A DNA stretch of 64,000 bases from an uncultured Alphaproteobacteria bacterium (GTDB taxonomy: Bacteria; Pseudomonadota; Alphaproteobacteria; CAAHEQ01; UBA3637). Position 1 is the first letter of the stretch. Each line of letters starts with the position of its first letter. The stretch is taken from assembly GCA_944392125.1 (NCBI GenBank), contig CALXVP010000001.1:289020-353019 (forward strand), read 5' to 3'. A model generated the notes under the pieces. The model did no database searches, was not told where the DNA came from, and saw nothing but the letters and a program-made list of their open reading frames with translations. Positions 20,298-30,412 of the stretch are shown piece after piece. The position numbers and the translations under genes were made by a program.

Positions 20298-20562
20298 AAG
20301 GCATTATTCTCCTAAATATAATCAAATTTGGTGTTAGCAAAAAATGTTTTTGATTAGGCGTTTGATTGCAAATGATTTGATTAATCATTAAAAACAAACA
20401 ACGACATCAGAAATATTTTTTGCAACATCGTAGACAATGCTTATTTTGCCGATTTTCTTCAAAATTTTTTTTGTTAATATATTCCATATTATCTGCATAA
20501 AATTCCTTGAAACTCATCAAAATAAGCTATTGCCAAATTGATGATATTCAGGAAAATAATGC

Positions 20563-20802
20563 CTAAAATACCACCTTTATCATACGTCTGCGAGAGGTTG
20601 TCGTTTTACCTTCGGCCGCCGCAATTTGAGATTTTAGACTTGAGATATAACTTTCCAAAGCCGCTCGTGAGGTTTGGTTGTAGGTCACCGAACCGAAATT
20701 GCCGACATTAACCGAGACTTCCTTGGCTCCGATGAGCAGTTTATGGTAGGCTTCTTCTGCCTCAGCCAATCGTGTTTTAAGTATTTCTTTATCTATAACC
20801 AT
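20563..20802 (-). CDS. Head-tail joining protein (gpW-like)
   Basis: About 79 aa, sits between the terminase remnant and the portal gene, as lambda W does. Confidence 0.5.
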   Translation of the reverse strand: MVIDKEILKTRLAEAEEAYHKLLIGAKEVSVNVGNFGSVTYNQTSRAALESYISSLKSQIAAAEGKTTTSRRRMIKVVF

Positions 20803-21256
20803 GGATTATCCACCTTTGTTGGTTGCATTTGAATAAATCGTTTTTTCTTTTGAACCGGAACAGCCGAGCTTTTAGCCGGAATAACGGCCTCTAACTCTTG
20901 CCATGCCTTTTCACTTAATCGGTCAAGACCATAAATTGCAGCTCCGGCACGAGCATAAACTCGGCAGTCCAAGGCTTCGTTTCGTCTTGCCGGGTTTTTT
21001 CCCATACGGGTTTCGGATAGCCGTTGCTGATTTTCACGACCTGTCGCATCCCGTCGTCATCGTAGCCGCCTTTGCCGGTTAAAAACCCGTAATCGGCCAT
21101 CGGGTTTTCACAAACCGCTTTATAAGCTTCTTCGTCTAAACGGATGGTTTCGGCGACCTTAACTTCGGTTGCTTCGTTGCCGTATCTTTTGGTTAACTCC
21201 ATGACTTCTTCTAAGTCACTTGGTTTTCGTACTAAGTAGGTTTTAACTGTTTTCAT
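20793..21256 (-). pseudogene. Terminase large subunit, C-terminal remnant with frameshift
   Basis: Two overlapping ORFs. The downstream one ends ...NPARRNEALDCRVYA, as in the lambda gpA C-terminus. The N-terminal roughly 500 aa are absent. Confidence 0.45.
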
Positions 21257-21335
21257 TTTAAGCTCCTTTTGTTCTTGTTTTTCAAGGCGTTCTCTGCCTT
21301 TCCTTACAATTACATTGTTGCTTGGAATTCGAAAT

Positions 21336-22553
21336 TTATCCAGTTAATTCTGCATCATTTTCTGTTATTTCTGCTTTATTTTCAATAAGTTGGGATTTGT
21401 TGCCGGTATATTCCTCCCAACGCTTGATAATGACGTCACAAAACTTCGGATCTAGCTCAATCAATCGGGCAGAACGACCCGTTTTTTCGCACGCAATCAG
21501 CGTCGAGCCGGAGCCTCCGAAACCATCTAAAACGATATTCCCGATTTTAGAGCTGTTATTTATGGCTCTTTCCACCAGTTCAACCGGCTTCATTGTCGGG
21601 TGTAAGTCGTTTTTGACCGGTTTATTATATTCCCAAACATCGGCTTGGTCTCGGTCGCCACACCAATGGTGCTTTTGTTCGGCGTTCCAACCGTAAAGAA
21701 TAGGCTCATATTGTCGCTGATAGTCGGCTCGGCCAAGGGTAAAGGTGTTCTTTTTCCATATGATGAAGGTCGACCACTTGCCACCGGCATTGATGAACGA
21801 GTTATAAAGGGTGTGCAGTTCAGATGAACTCATGCATACATAGGCCGCACCTTTGCAATACATCATCATGTTGGACAGGCTGTCCGTTAAGAATTGAGCG
21901 AAACCTTCGCCAAGGTTATCGTTCATAATCTTACGGCCACCGAGCGAGCCGGCATGATAACGGATACTGTCTTTCATGGTGGAGCCATAGTTCACATTAT
22001 AAGGAGGGTCTGTGAAAATCATATCGGCAACTTCGTCCTGCATCAGCTTTTTAACGTCATCTATCATGGTGGTATCACCACAAATCAAACGGTGTCGGCC
22101 CAGTTGCCAAATGTCACCACGCTTTGTGACAGCTTCCTCGGGTGCTTCCGGAACTTCGTCATCATCGGTGTTACCGGACGACTTTTCCTCACCGAACAGT
22201 TGGATTTCATTCAACTCGTCCGGGTTAAACCCAAGCAGGTTCAAATCAAAGTCCAATTCCGATAGTTCTTCCATTTCAAGGTAGAGCATCTCTTCGTCCC
22301 ATCCGGCATTTAGAGCAATCTTGTTGTCGGCAATGACAAGGGCTCTGCGTTGTGTTTCGGTTAAATGCGGCAACCTGATGACCGGAACCTCCGTCATGCC
22401 AAGGCGTTGTGCCGCCATTAATCGGCCATGACCGGCAATAATAACATCATCGTCCCCAATCAGGATTGGGTTGGTAAAGCCGAACTCCTTAATGCTTGCC
22501 ACGATTTGGGCGATTTCTTTTGAAAGTGTCCACTCATTTTTTGCACTCTGCAT
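21336..22553 (-). CDS. ParB-like nuclease domain / DNA methyltransferase fusion (DPPY, N6A/N4C-type)
   Basis: ParB N-terminal motif DDDVIIAGHGRLMAAQRLG. Methyltransferase motif IV DPPYN and a C-terminal SAM-binding segment DGFGGSGST. Confidence 0.75.
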   Translation of the reverse strand: MQSAKNEWTLSKEIAQIVASIKEFGFTNPILIGDDDVIIAGHGRLMAAQRLGMTEVPVIRLPHLTETQRRALVIADNKIALNAGWDEEMLYLEMEELSELDFDLNLLGFNPDELNEIQLFGEEKSSGNTDDDEVPEAPEEAVTKRGDIWQLGRHRLICGDTTMIDDVKKLMQDEVADMIFTDPPYNVNYGSTMKDSIRYHAGSLGGRKIMNDNLGEGFAQFLTDSLSNMMMYCKGAAYVCMSSSELHTLYNSFINAGGKWSTFIIWKKNTFTLGRADYQRQYEPILYGWNAEQKHHWCGDRDQADVWEYNKPVKNDLHPTMKPVELVERAINNSSKIGNIVLDGFGGSGSTLIACEKTGRSARLIELDPKFCDVIIKRWEEYTGNKSQLIENKAEITENDAELTG

Positions 22554-22933
22554 TTTTCCTTTCCTTTTAAATAAAACTCAATCTTTACAATGGCTTTATC
22601 ATACTTGAGCATTAACCTTGACCTGCAAAGGCCAAATTCTCGGCACAAAATTTTCCAAGGAATTCGGTTGGCTCGCTTCCAAACAAGGCGGCGTTCATCA
22701 ATTTCTAGAAGTGGTATCCATTCCAAAGTGACAGTCTCCCATAAACTTACCTGTGTCTGAGTTGGACGTGGCCGAACTAGTCGGCGGTCCATCAGAGCAA
22801 TTTCTTGCGGCGTGTATATAATCTCGGGCATCAAACACCGATATTTGGGAGAACGGACTGGCGGTAACAACCGGTCAACATAGGCGGCTGTTTCCAAGTT
22901 TGCTTTGATTTCTGCGATGGTTTTAGGTTTCAT
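22460..22933 (-). CDS. Hypothetical phage protein (possible wHTH)
   Basis: ORF only. Overlaps the methyltransferase start by about 94 nt. Confidence 0.3.
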   Translation of the reverse strand: MKPKTIAEIKANLETAAYVDRLLPPVRSPKYRCLMPEIIYTPQEIALMDRRLVRPRPTQTQVSLWETVTLEWIPLLEIDERRLVWKRANRIPWKILCREFGLCRSRLMLKYDKAIVKIEFYLKGKEKCRVQKMSGHFQKKSPKSWQALRSSALPTQS

Positions 22934-23600
22934 CCAGCACCACCTTTACTTTGCTAAGCACATCATGACAGATGTCCGTCATAGTCTCCATTTCCGAGTA
23001 TGCGAGACCGTTCTCCTTGCAAAACCATTTCCTAACGGCTTTACGCCAGTCAACGGCAATGTATTTCTTGCCGTTCATCCAACCACGTTCTTCGTTCCAC
23101 CGAACGAAGGCGACAGGGTCAATTGTATATCCACTTCGTTTGCAGTATTCAGCCACTTCTTCAATGCTCGGAGCCCCGACATATCCGGACTTATCCACAT
23201 TTTCAGCCCCTTTATTTTTATTATTTTTAATAAAAACATATCCGGACTCTTCATCTCCTTTATCCTTATCCTTCTCCTTATCAGGTTTTTCGTTGGCGGA
23301 ATTTGGCGGTGGTTCAGAAACCTTAAGGTTTTCCTTTTCACGTTTTGGCCGACCACCTTTAGAGCTGCCAGCCTTACGTTTTTCGCAGGTTCCAAAATAT
23401 TTGCGATTGTTTTCATCAATGCCTGCTTGCAAAAAATTAAAACGGTCTTGAACTTTTTCCGATAAATTTTTTGTGATTTTTCCGTACAGAGCGTATTCAC
23501 AAAGTGCCTTAATTAATGTCGCACATTCACAATTTGTAAAATTATACACAGATGCAAGGAACTCCGCCGGATAAAACACGAATGACGTTTTTCTATCCAT
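22923..23600 (-). CDS. Hypothetical phage protein with K/E-rich linker
   Basis: ORF with a conserved-looking N-terminal domain and a basic low-complexity centre. Confidence 0.45.
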   Translation of the reverse strand: MDRKTSFVFYPAEFLASVYNFTNCECATLIKALCEYALYGKITKNLSEKVQDRFNFLQAGIDENNRKYFGTCEKRKAGSSKGGRPKREKENLKVSEPPPNSANEKPDKEKDKDKGDEESGYVFIKNNKNKGAENVDKSGYVGAPSIEEVAEYCKRSGYTIDPVAFVRWNEERGWMNGKKYIAVDWRKAVRKWFCKENGLAYSEMETMTDICHDVLSKVKVVLDET

Positions 23601-23891
23601 TTAGTCCTCCTTTGAAAGATCTACGACCATGATAACTGTCTCAGGAGGCATCTTTCCTGTTTTTTTATATTCAGCACTTGTTTTAATTCGACGAATACCT
23701 TGAAGCCATTTAAGTGAAAGCAAGGCTCTGCGGTATGCACGAGTTTTTTGACGGCCGATTTCTTTTAGCCCGTCAATTTCTTCTTGTACCTCGTTTTCCC
23801 AAAAGATAAGTTGGCTGTTATCCATCGCCATTAATTTATCAACGGGAATGGTTTTAATCATTTCATAAACAGTATTTTTACATTTTCTCAT
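23601..23891 (-). CDS. Hypothetical phage protein
   Basis: Tightly abutting ORF in the prophage block. Confidence 0.35.
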   Translation of the reverse strand: MRKCKNTVYEMIKTIPVDKLMAMDNSQLIFWENEVQEEIDGLKEIGRQKTRAYRRALLSLKWLQGIRRIKTSAEYKKTGKMPPETVIMVVDLSKED

Positions 23892-23966
23892 AGCTTTTTA
23901 TCCTTTCATGTTTGGTTGCTACATGAGGTAAAAATCCACGAGAGGTCGAAAAAGTACCAAACAATA

Positions 23967-24398
23967 TCAAATTTTTTTCTTTATTTTCTCAGCAATCCTT
24001 TTTGGTGTTCCTTTTGACATTTTAAGTGATTGATAAACATCATTTAATTTTTCTCCTTGAAATAGTCGTTTTATAAATTCCTGTTCTTTTTCTGAGAGCA
24101 TTTTTAATAAATATCTTAAATCTATTTCATTTTCTAAATCCTCTAAACAAAACTTCGAAGTAAGTTCAAATCCTTTTTCTTCTGACATACGATTTAATGA
24201 CTCATTAAAAAAAACTCCCGACTTCATGCTAAATAGTCGGGAGCGAAGTATTTGCTGTGCCTTTCGTTTTAGGGCAATGAAAAGGAGTTCATCAGGGATA
24301 TCTTCTTTTTTATAAAATCTTTCGATATAAAAAAGAGCGAGTTCCTGAAGTAGGTCATCTCGCTCTTGGTTCGGTTTTATCTTACTAACCCCGACCAT
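23967..24398 (-). CDS. Sigma-70 family (ECF-like) regulator, probably 5'-truncated
   Basis: Region-2-like DLLQELALFYIERF and region-4 HTH LSEKEQEFIKRLFQGEKLNDVYQSLKMSKGTPKRI. No RBS at the ORF start. The start abuts a terminator. Confidence 0.5.
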   Translation of the reverse strand: MVGVSKIKPNQERDDLLQELALFYIERFYKKEDIPDELLFIALKRKAQQILRSRLFSMKSGVFFNESLNRMSEEKGFELTSKFCLEDLENEIDLRYLLKMLSEKEQEFIKRLFQGEKLNDVYQSLKMSKGTPKRIAEKIKKKI

Positions 24399-24403
24399 TT
24401 AGA

Positions 24404-24433
24404 AAAAGAGCCACCATTCAGGTGGCTTTTTTT
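24404..24433. terminator. Bidirectional rho-independent terminator hairpin
   Basis: GAGCCACC-attca-GGTGGCTC stem, flanked by an A-run and a T-run. Confidence 0.6.
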
Positions 24434-24442
24434 GTAAATAAT

Positions 24443-24520
24443 CAGGCGGGGATTGAACCCGCGGGGAAGCGGGTTCGAGTGCAGTCGCAGGCGGGCGAAG
24501 AACGCCGAAAAAGCGACAAA
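24443..24520 (-). other. tRNA-like 3' fragment (T-arm GCGGG-TTCAATC-CCCGC); possible prophage att remnant
   Basis: Canonical T-stem/loop on the minus strand, followed by the terminator. No complete cloverleaf could be built. Confidence 0.3.
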
Positions 24521-24826
24521 CTAACGCCGAAGGCGCCCCCAAACAACGCAAGGAGTGAATGCGCTATCACACGCATAACTCCCTCTTTTTGTCCCGAAAT
24601 CGAAATGAGCCGAGATTACAGAAAGCAATAAGAATAGCTTAACATCCGTTATTTCAGATTGATTTACGGTTAGACTGTTCAAAATTAATTCGTGAATAGA
24701 CTCAAATCAATGGCGTTTTAAAAAACTATGTTTATTCTAAGCCGACAACAATCAGCATAATCATGTTGACATTCAAAACGATGTTTATTATAGTGATAAA
24801 TACAAAATTAAGGAAGGTGATAGCGT

Positions 24827-25066
24827 ATGCGGAAAGATGATTTAATTTCTGTTGTCATACCCGTTTATCAGGATAAAAAAACAATTGAGAAATCAATTTG
24901 TAATACCTCTTGCAAAAATTTAGAGATTATTATTGTATATAGAGCTGATAAGGATACTACACATGAAAAAAATAGTGCGTCAATCGGCACTGTTACGGGA
25001 ACTTTATTTCAAACAATACATAAAAATATGAAGCATATAGTTAAATTAAAAAACGTATTTTATTGA
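24827..25066 (+). pseudogene. Family-2 glycosyltransferase N-terminal remnant
   Basis: ISVVIPVYQ motif. The DxD region is degenerate. The ORF terminates after 79 aa. Confidence 0.4.
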
Positions 25067-25102
25067 AAAAAATCATGTAATAAAATAAAAAAGGATATTA
25101 TT

Positions 25103-26140
25103 ATGGTTAAAAAAGCACTTATTACAGGTATTACCGGCATGGTGGGATCACATTTATGTGATTACTTACTTGAAAATACCGAATGGGAAATACACGGCGT
25201 ATGCAGATGGCGCAGTCCTCTTGATAACGTGTCTCATCTGTTGGAAAGAGCAAATAAGAAAGATAGGCTTTTGTTTGAATATGCTGATTTAAACGATCAA
25301 ACTTCATTAATTACCGTCGTTCAAAAAATAAAACCTGATTACATTTTCCACTTAGCCGCACAAAGTTATCCCCAAACAAGCTTTACTGCTCCGATTGATA
25401 CCCTTAATACGAATATTTTAGGAACCTGTCGACTATTAGAGAGTATCCGTTTTGTAATGAATAATGATAAAAATTACAAACCTATTATTCATGTCTGTGC
25501 CTCATCCGAAGTATTTGGGAAAATTCCTCGCGAGAAAAAGCCGGATACCGGTATTCATGAGGAATGCCCCTTTCATCCGGCTTCTCCTTATGCCATTTCA
25601 AAAGTAGGAACCGATCTTATCGGTCGCTACTATGCCGAGGCCTTCGGAATGACGGTAATGACAACAAGGATGTTTACTCATACAGGGCCTCGTAGGGGTG
25701 ATGTCTTTCATGAATCAACATTTGCAAAACAAATTGCCATGATTGAAGCCGGGCTAATTTCTCCGATTGTTAAAGTCGGCAATTTAAAATCGTTAAGAAC
25801 ATACGCAGATGTGCGCGATGCCGTTCGCGCATATTATATGCTGGTTACCGTAAATCCAATTCCCGGAGAATACTATAATATCGGCGGTTCATATACTTGT
25901 GAAGTTGGTGATACATTAAACACCCTTATTTCTTTCTCCACAATGAAAGACAAAATCAAAATAGAAATTGATCCGGAACGATTACGCCCGATTGATGCGG
26001 ATTTACAAATCCCGGATTGCCGGAAATTTAAACATCATACCGGCTGGGAACCACAGATACCCTATGAAAAGACCATGAAAGATTTATTGGATTATTGGAG
26101 AGATAGAATTTCTCGTGGCGAAAAATTTTTACAAAGATAA
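25103..26140 (+). CDS. GDP-sugar 4,6-dehydratase (Gmd/DmhA/WcbK-like)
   Basis: N-terminal match to E. coli Gmd (ALITGITGMVGSHL, HLAAQSYP, GTCRLLESIR) and an SDR catalytic YxxxK. Confidence 0.7.
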   Translation: MVKKALITGITGMVGSHLCDYLLENTEWEIHGVCRWRSPLDNVSHLLERANKKDRLLFEYADLNDQTSLITVVQKIKPDYIFHLAAQSYPQTSFTAPIDTLNTNILGTCRLLESIRFVMNNDKNYKPIIHVCASSEVFGKIPREKKPDTGIHEECPFHPASPYAISKVGTDLIGRYYAEAFGMTVMTTRMFTHTGPRRGDVFHESTFAKQIAMIEAGLISPIVKVGNLKSLRTYADVRDAVRAYYMLVTVNPIPGEYYNIGGSYTCEVGDTLNTLISFSTMKDKIKIEIDPERLRPIDADLQIPDCRKFKHHTGWEPQIPYEKTMKDLLDYWRDRISRGEKFLQR

Positions 26141-26160
26141 TAAGATACGGAGATTTCAAA

Positions 26161-26742
26161 ATGCTTAATGAAATTAAAAGTTCATGTGATCAAATCTCGC
26201 AAAATTTTCAAAATTTAAAAAACAGGGCGCCAATAATTGAAGAAATTGCTCATATATGGATTGAAGCGCTTTCAAATGGAAATAAGGTAATTTTTTGCGG
26301 AAACGGCGGTTCGGCTGCCGATTCTCAACACTTAGCCGCCGAACTAATGGGAAAATACAGATTAGATAGATCTCCTTTACCGGCCATCAGCCTGACTGTT
26401 GATACATCTGCTTTAACAGCTATCGGAAATGATTATGGATATAATAAGGTATTTTCACGGCAATTGCTTGGAATTGGGCATTCGGGTGATGTGTTGGTTG
26501 GTGTATCTACTTCCGGGAACTCTGAAAATGTTGTTGATGCATTTATTACTGCTCAAGAAAGAGGCATCAAAACCGTTGCTTTTACGGGTGAACACGGCGG
26601 GAAATTAAAAGAAATTGCCGATGTATGCTTAAATGTTCCTTCAACGATAACAAACAGTATTCAGGAAATGCATATTGCTTGCGGGCATTTAATTTGTGGC
26701 CTTGTCGAATCGTATTTGTTTAGCAATAAAAAAGGAGAATAG
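26161..26742 (+). CDS. gmhA: Sedoheptulose-7-phosphate isomerase
   Basis: SIS domain with GNGGSAADSQHLAAEL. Confidence 0.8.
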   Translation: MLNEIKSSCDQISQNFQNLKNRAPIIEEIAHIWIEALSNGNKVIFCGNGGSAADSQHLAAELMGKYRLDRSPLPAISLTVDTSALTAIGNDYGYNKVFSRQLLGIGHSGDVLVGVSTSGNSENVVDAFITAQERGIKTVAFTGEHGGKLKEIADVCLNVPSTITNSIQEMHIACGHLICGLVESYLFSNKKGE

Positions 26743-26748
26743 TTTACC

Positions 26749-27819
26749 ATGATCATAACAAGAGCACCTTACCGAATTTCTTTTTTTGGCGGAGGGACGG
26801 ATTATCACACATGGTATCAAGAACACGGTGGTGATGTGCTTTCAACCAGTATCAATCATTATAATTATATCAGTTGCAGATATTTACCGCCTTTTCATGC
26901 CGAATATCGAAATCGAATCGCCTGGAGTATACTGGAATATCCCGATAATGTTAACGATATTCAGCATAATGCCATACGAGAGGCGTTAAAGTATTATAAC
27001 GTTACACAAGGTGTTGAAATCAGCAATCAATGTGATTTACCGGCACGATCCGGTTTAGGTTCCAGCTCTTGCTTTTGTGCGGGATTAATACAAGCAATTT
27101 TTGCACTTAAAGGGAAAATGATAACAAGATACGGCTTAGCTAAAGAAACCATCCGATTAGAGCGAGAAATACTAAAAGAAAACGGAGGAATCCAAGATCA
27201 AATTGCTACTGTTTACGGAGGACTTAATCATATCCACATTAACCAAAACGGCTCATTTTCCGTCAATCCTGTTGTCATCAGTGAAGAAAGGAAAGAGTAC
27301 TTTAATAATCATTTATTACTCTTTTTCACAGGAACTTCACGCACATCTTCCGATATTGCCGAAAAACAAGAAAAAGTTGCAAAGAAAAGAGTTAGTCAAC
27401 TATCGCGGATGCAAGAAATGGTATCTGAAGCTTGTCGCATTTTAACATCAAGCAATGAAGATTTGGACAATTTCGGCAGACTACTCCATGAAACTTGGAT
27501 GTTAAAGAAATCCCTTACAGATAAGATTAGCAATTCGTTAATAGATGAGATATACCGAATAGGTATGGAAAACGGTGCATTGGGGGGCAAAATATTGGGT
27601 GCCGGCGGTGGCGGATTTATAATGTTTTATGCTACTCCAAAAAATCAATCGAAAATTAAACAAGCATTGCATAATCTGATACATGTTCCTTTTAAATTTG
27701 ACGATCAGGGATGCCAAATTTTATACTATTCGCCCAAGGAATATCATCCCTCAGTATATGAAAAACGCGATTACATTCATATTCAAAATCAAGGTCAGGA
27801 GATAAAACATAAACGATGA
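26749..27819 (+). CDS. hddA: D-glycero-alpha-D-manno-heptose 7-phosphate kinase (GHMP family)
   Basis: GHMP motif PARSGLGSSS and N-terminal RAPYRISFFGGGTDY. Confidence 0.75.
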   Translation: MIITRAPYRISFFGGGTDYHTWYQEHGGDVLSTSINHYNYISCRYLPPFHAEYRNRIAWSILEYPDNVNDIQHNAIREALKYYNVTQGVEISNQCDLPARSGLGSSSCFCAGLIQAIFALKGKMITRYGLAKETIRLEREILKENGGIQDQIATVYGGLNHIHINQNGSFSVNPVVISEERKEYFNNHLLLFFTGTSRTSSDIAEKQEKVAKKRVSQLSRMQEMVSEACRILTSSNEDLDNFGRLLHETWMLKKSLTDKISNSLIDEIYRIGMENGALGGKILGAGGGGFIMFYATPKNQSKIKQALHNLIHVPFKFDDQGCQILYYSPKEYHPSVYEKRDYIHIQNQGQEIKHKR

Positions 27820-29066
27820 AAGTGATTATTCTGGCAGGAGGATTCGGCACAAGGCTACAATCTGTTATACACGATATTCCTAAGCCTATGGCAGATATAC
27901 ACGGCACACCGTTTCTTGAACTTTTAATGGCAAATATGCTTCATTTTGGCGCCACGGAATTTATTTTATGTGTATCACACTTACGAGATAAAATTATCTC
28001 TTATTTTGGTGATGATTTTAGGGGTATTCCAATAAAATATTCCGTTGAAACAGAACCGCTTGGAACCGGAGGCGCCATAAAGCAAGCGTTTCAACTGTTT
28101 GATTTGGATGAAGCAATTGTTATGAACGGGGATAGTTTTGTTAAGATGGATTATGCTGATTTCTATCATCAAAACAGAGGCCATTCCCTTGCTCTGGCAT
28201 TAAAATTTGTCAGTAATGCTTCACGTTTTGGTTTGGTTGAAACAGCAAATGGACTGATTACGCACTTTCATGAAAAATCTACTGAAAATAAAGCAGGACT
28301 GATTAACGCAGGCATCTATTTTATTAGGAAGGAATTGTGGCAATATGCCCCAGAACAATCAAAATTTTCATTTGAAAAAGATATATTGGAAACACACATT
28401 GATAATCTACACCCCCCCTTTTATCGCACGGAAGATTATTTTATAGATATTGGTATACCGGAAAGTTATCATCAAGCATTAAAAGAGCTTAAAAATATTA
28501 TCTTACCTAAATGCAAAGCACTCTTTTTGGATAGAGATGGCGTTATAAATGTAGATAAGCACTATGTTTACCGCATTCAAGATTGTGAGTTTGTTGATGG
28601 GATATTTGATTTTTGTATGCAAGCCAAAAAAGATGATTACAAGTTAATTGTCATTACAAATCAAGCAGGAATAGCTAAAAATATCTATTCAAAAGAAGCA
28701 TATTTTAATCTTAGAAACTATATTCATGATATATTCGTAAAAAGGGGGTGCCCTTTGGATGGCGAGTATTACTGTCCATACCATCCGCAGGCAATCTTAA
28801 AAGAATATCGCTATGAATCAACGGATAGGAAGCCTAATCCCGGTATGATATTAAAAGCAGCCAAAGATTTTAATATTGATTTAAAACAATCCATTTTAAT
28901 CGGAGATAAAGAAAGCGATATTTTGGCGGCAAAACGAGCCGGTATCGGCACAACAATTCGTTTTGTTACCGAGGGAAATGTATATGAGCCACAGGCCAGT
29001 CAAGCAACGTATGTATGGACAAATACTTTGAAAGAATTTCACGAATTAACCGAGAAAATATTATGA
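27816..29066 (+). CDS. Bifunctional heptose-1-phosphate guanylyltransferase (HddC-like) / D,D-heptose-1,7-bisphosphate phosphatase (GmhB, HAD)
   Basis: N-terminal nucleotidyltransferase motif MKVIILAGGFGTRL. C-terminal HAD motif FLDRDGVIN. ATGA start/stop overlap with hddA. Confidence 0.75.
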   Translation: MKVIILAGGFGTRLQSVIHDIPKPMADIHGTPFLELLMANMLHFGATEFILCVSHLRDKIISYFGDDFRGIPIKYSVETEPLGTGGAIKQAFQLFDLDEAIVMNGDSFVKMDYADFYHQNRGHSLALALKFVSNASRFGLVETANGLITHFHEKSTENKAGLINAGIYFIRKELWQYAPEQSKFSFEKDILETHIDNLHPPFYRTEDYFIDIGIPESYHQALKELKNIILPKCKALFLDRDGVINVDKHYVYRIQDCEFVDGIFDFCMQAKKDDYKLIVITNQAGIAKNIYSKEAYFNLRNYIHDIFVKRGCPLDGEYYCPYHPQAILKEYRYESTDRKPNPGMILKAAKDFNIDLKQSILIGDKESDILAAKRAGIGTTIRFVTEGNVYEPQASQATYVWTNTLKEFHELTEKIL

Positions 29067-29347
29067 AGCTACGATCATCACCAACCGAGCTTTACAAAAC
29101 AACATTCAAAAATTTTCGCAATATATAATTTCACGAAAAATTTGAAATAAAGTGGAACTTATTAAAAGTAGCAATTAAAAGGCATGACAATAGGATAACT
29201 TTATGATAAACTAGGATAATAAGAGTTGCAGAGGGAAATATATCAAGTGTTATTAAATAAAAAAATATAAAAATACCAGCATAGGAATTTACCCAATATA
29301 GAGAATTTTAAACTGTAACAACCGATTAAAAAGAAAGGATTATCAAG

Positions 29348-30232
29348 GTGTATATTATCATTGGAGGCAGTGGATTTTTAGGACGCTATTGCATTAAAAA
29401 CATTATAGAAAACACAAATGAAAACATTATCGCCACACATTCGGAAAAAACCATCCCGGTATATGAAAATCCGAGAGTAGAATGGATATCATTAGATGTT
29501 TGCAATATAACTGCGCTGAAACAATTGGCCGATAAAGTGGATGATAATACAAAAATAATTTACCTAGCAGCCATGCATCATCCTGATCAAGTTCAAAAAT
29601 TTCCGGAACAGGCATGGGAAGTTAATATTATAGCTTTGGCAAATGCAGTTAATTTGTTTGGAAAAGCAAAATGTTTATACTATTCTTCAACTGACGCGAT
29701 TTATGGAGAAGGAAGTAAAAATAAAAAATTTGTTGAATCCGATCCGTATGCGCCTATCAATTTATATGGAAAACATAAGGCTCTTGCAGAACAAATCTGC
29801 CTTACAAAAGGATTTAACATTGTTCGTTTTCCGTTAATTTTCGGCCCATCTCTCATTGAAACTAAGCCTCATTTTTTTGATCATATAAAATCAAGTATGG
29901 AGGCGGGTAAAGAGGTAGAATTGTTTTCCGATTCATACCGCTCTATTTTATCGTTTAACCAATGCGCCTATTTTTTGGTTATGCTTATCGAAAAATTCGG
30001 CAGTTGCAACGAGAAGATTATCAATATTGCCGGAGATGATATCATGAGTAAATATGATGCTGCTGTTGCATTGGCGAATAAGTATCATCTTGATAAAAGT
30101 TTAATTAAACCGATATCAATGCAACAAAACACAACCATCTTTAAAATAAAGCGTGCTACAGACATAATCGTTGATAATTCTAAATTAAAAAGCTTATTGA
30201 ATATTAAAGAAATACACTGGGATATAGGATAG
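29348..30232 (+). CDS. NAD-dependent sugar reductase/epimerase (SDR; RmlD/DmhB-like)
   Basis: N-terminal GGSGFLGR and catalytic YGKHK. Confidence 0.55.
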   Translation: MYIIIGGSGFLGRYCIKNIIENTNENIIATHSEKTIPVYENPRVEWISLDVCNITALKQLADKVDDNTKIIYLAAMHHPDQVQKFPEQAWEVNIIALANAVNLFGKAKCLYYSSTDAIYGEGSKNKKFVESDPYAPINLYGKHKALAEQICLTKGFNIVRFPLIFGPSLIETKPHFFDHIKSSMEAGKEVELFSDSYRSILSFNQCAYFLVMLIEKFGSCNEKIINIAGDDIMSKYDAAVALANKYHLDKSLIKPISMQQNTTIFKIKRATDIIVDNSKLKSLLNIKEIHWDIG

Positions 30233-30412
30233 CTAAAAATAATGTAAGCTATAGTGTAAATATTTTTAAGTTGTTTAAACAGCATAATTTTACTCATTCT
30301 GATAAAAACCTTTAGTTTGAAATGATAATGATGATTTTAAATTGTATTTTTTTCTAATCTATACGATACTTAATTATGTTAAATCGCTAGAAAATATAAA
30401 GAGAGGAAAAAC

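Noticed and set aside
11926-24400. Integrase or recombinase that would define prophage borders
   Set aside because: No tyrosine or serine recombinase-like ORF is present on either strand in or next to the prophage block within this window.
24440-24800. Possible tmRNA (ssrA) on the minus strand serving as the prophage attachment site
   Set aside because: Only a T-arm is recognisable. No tag reading frame ending in ALAA-stop exists. No 5' acceptor strand complementary to the 3' end lies within ~400 nt. No CCA or GGGG 5' end is present.
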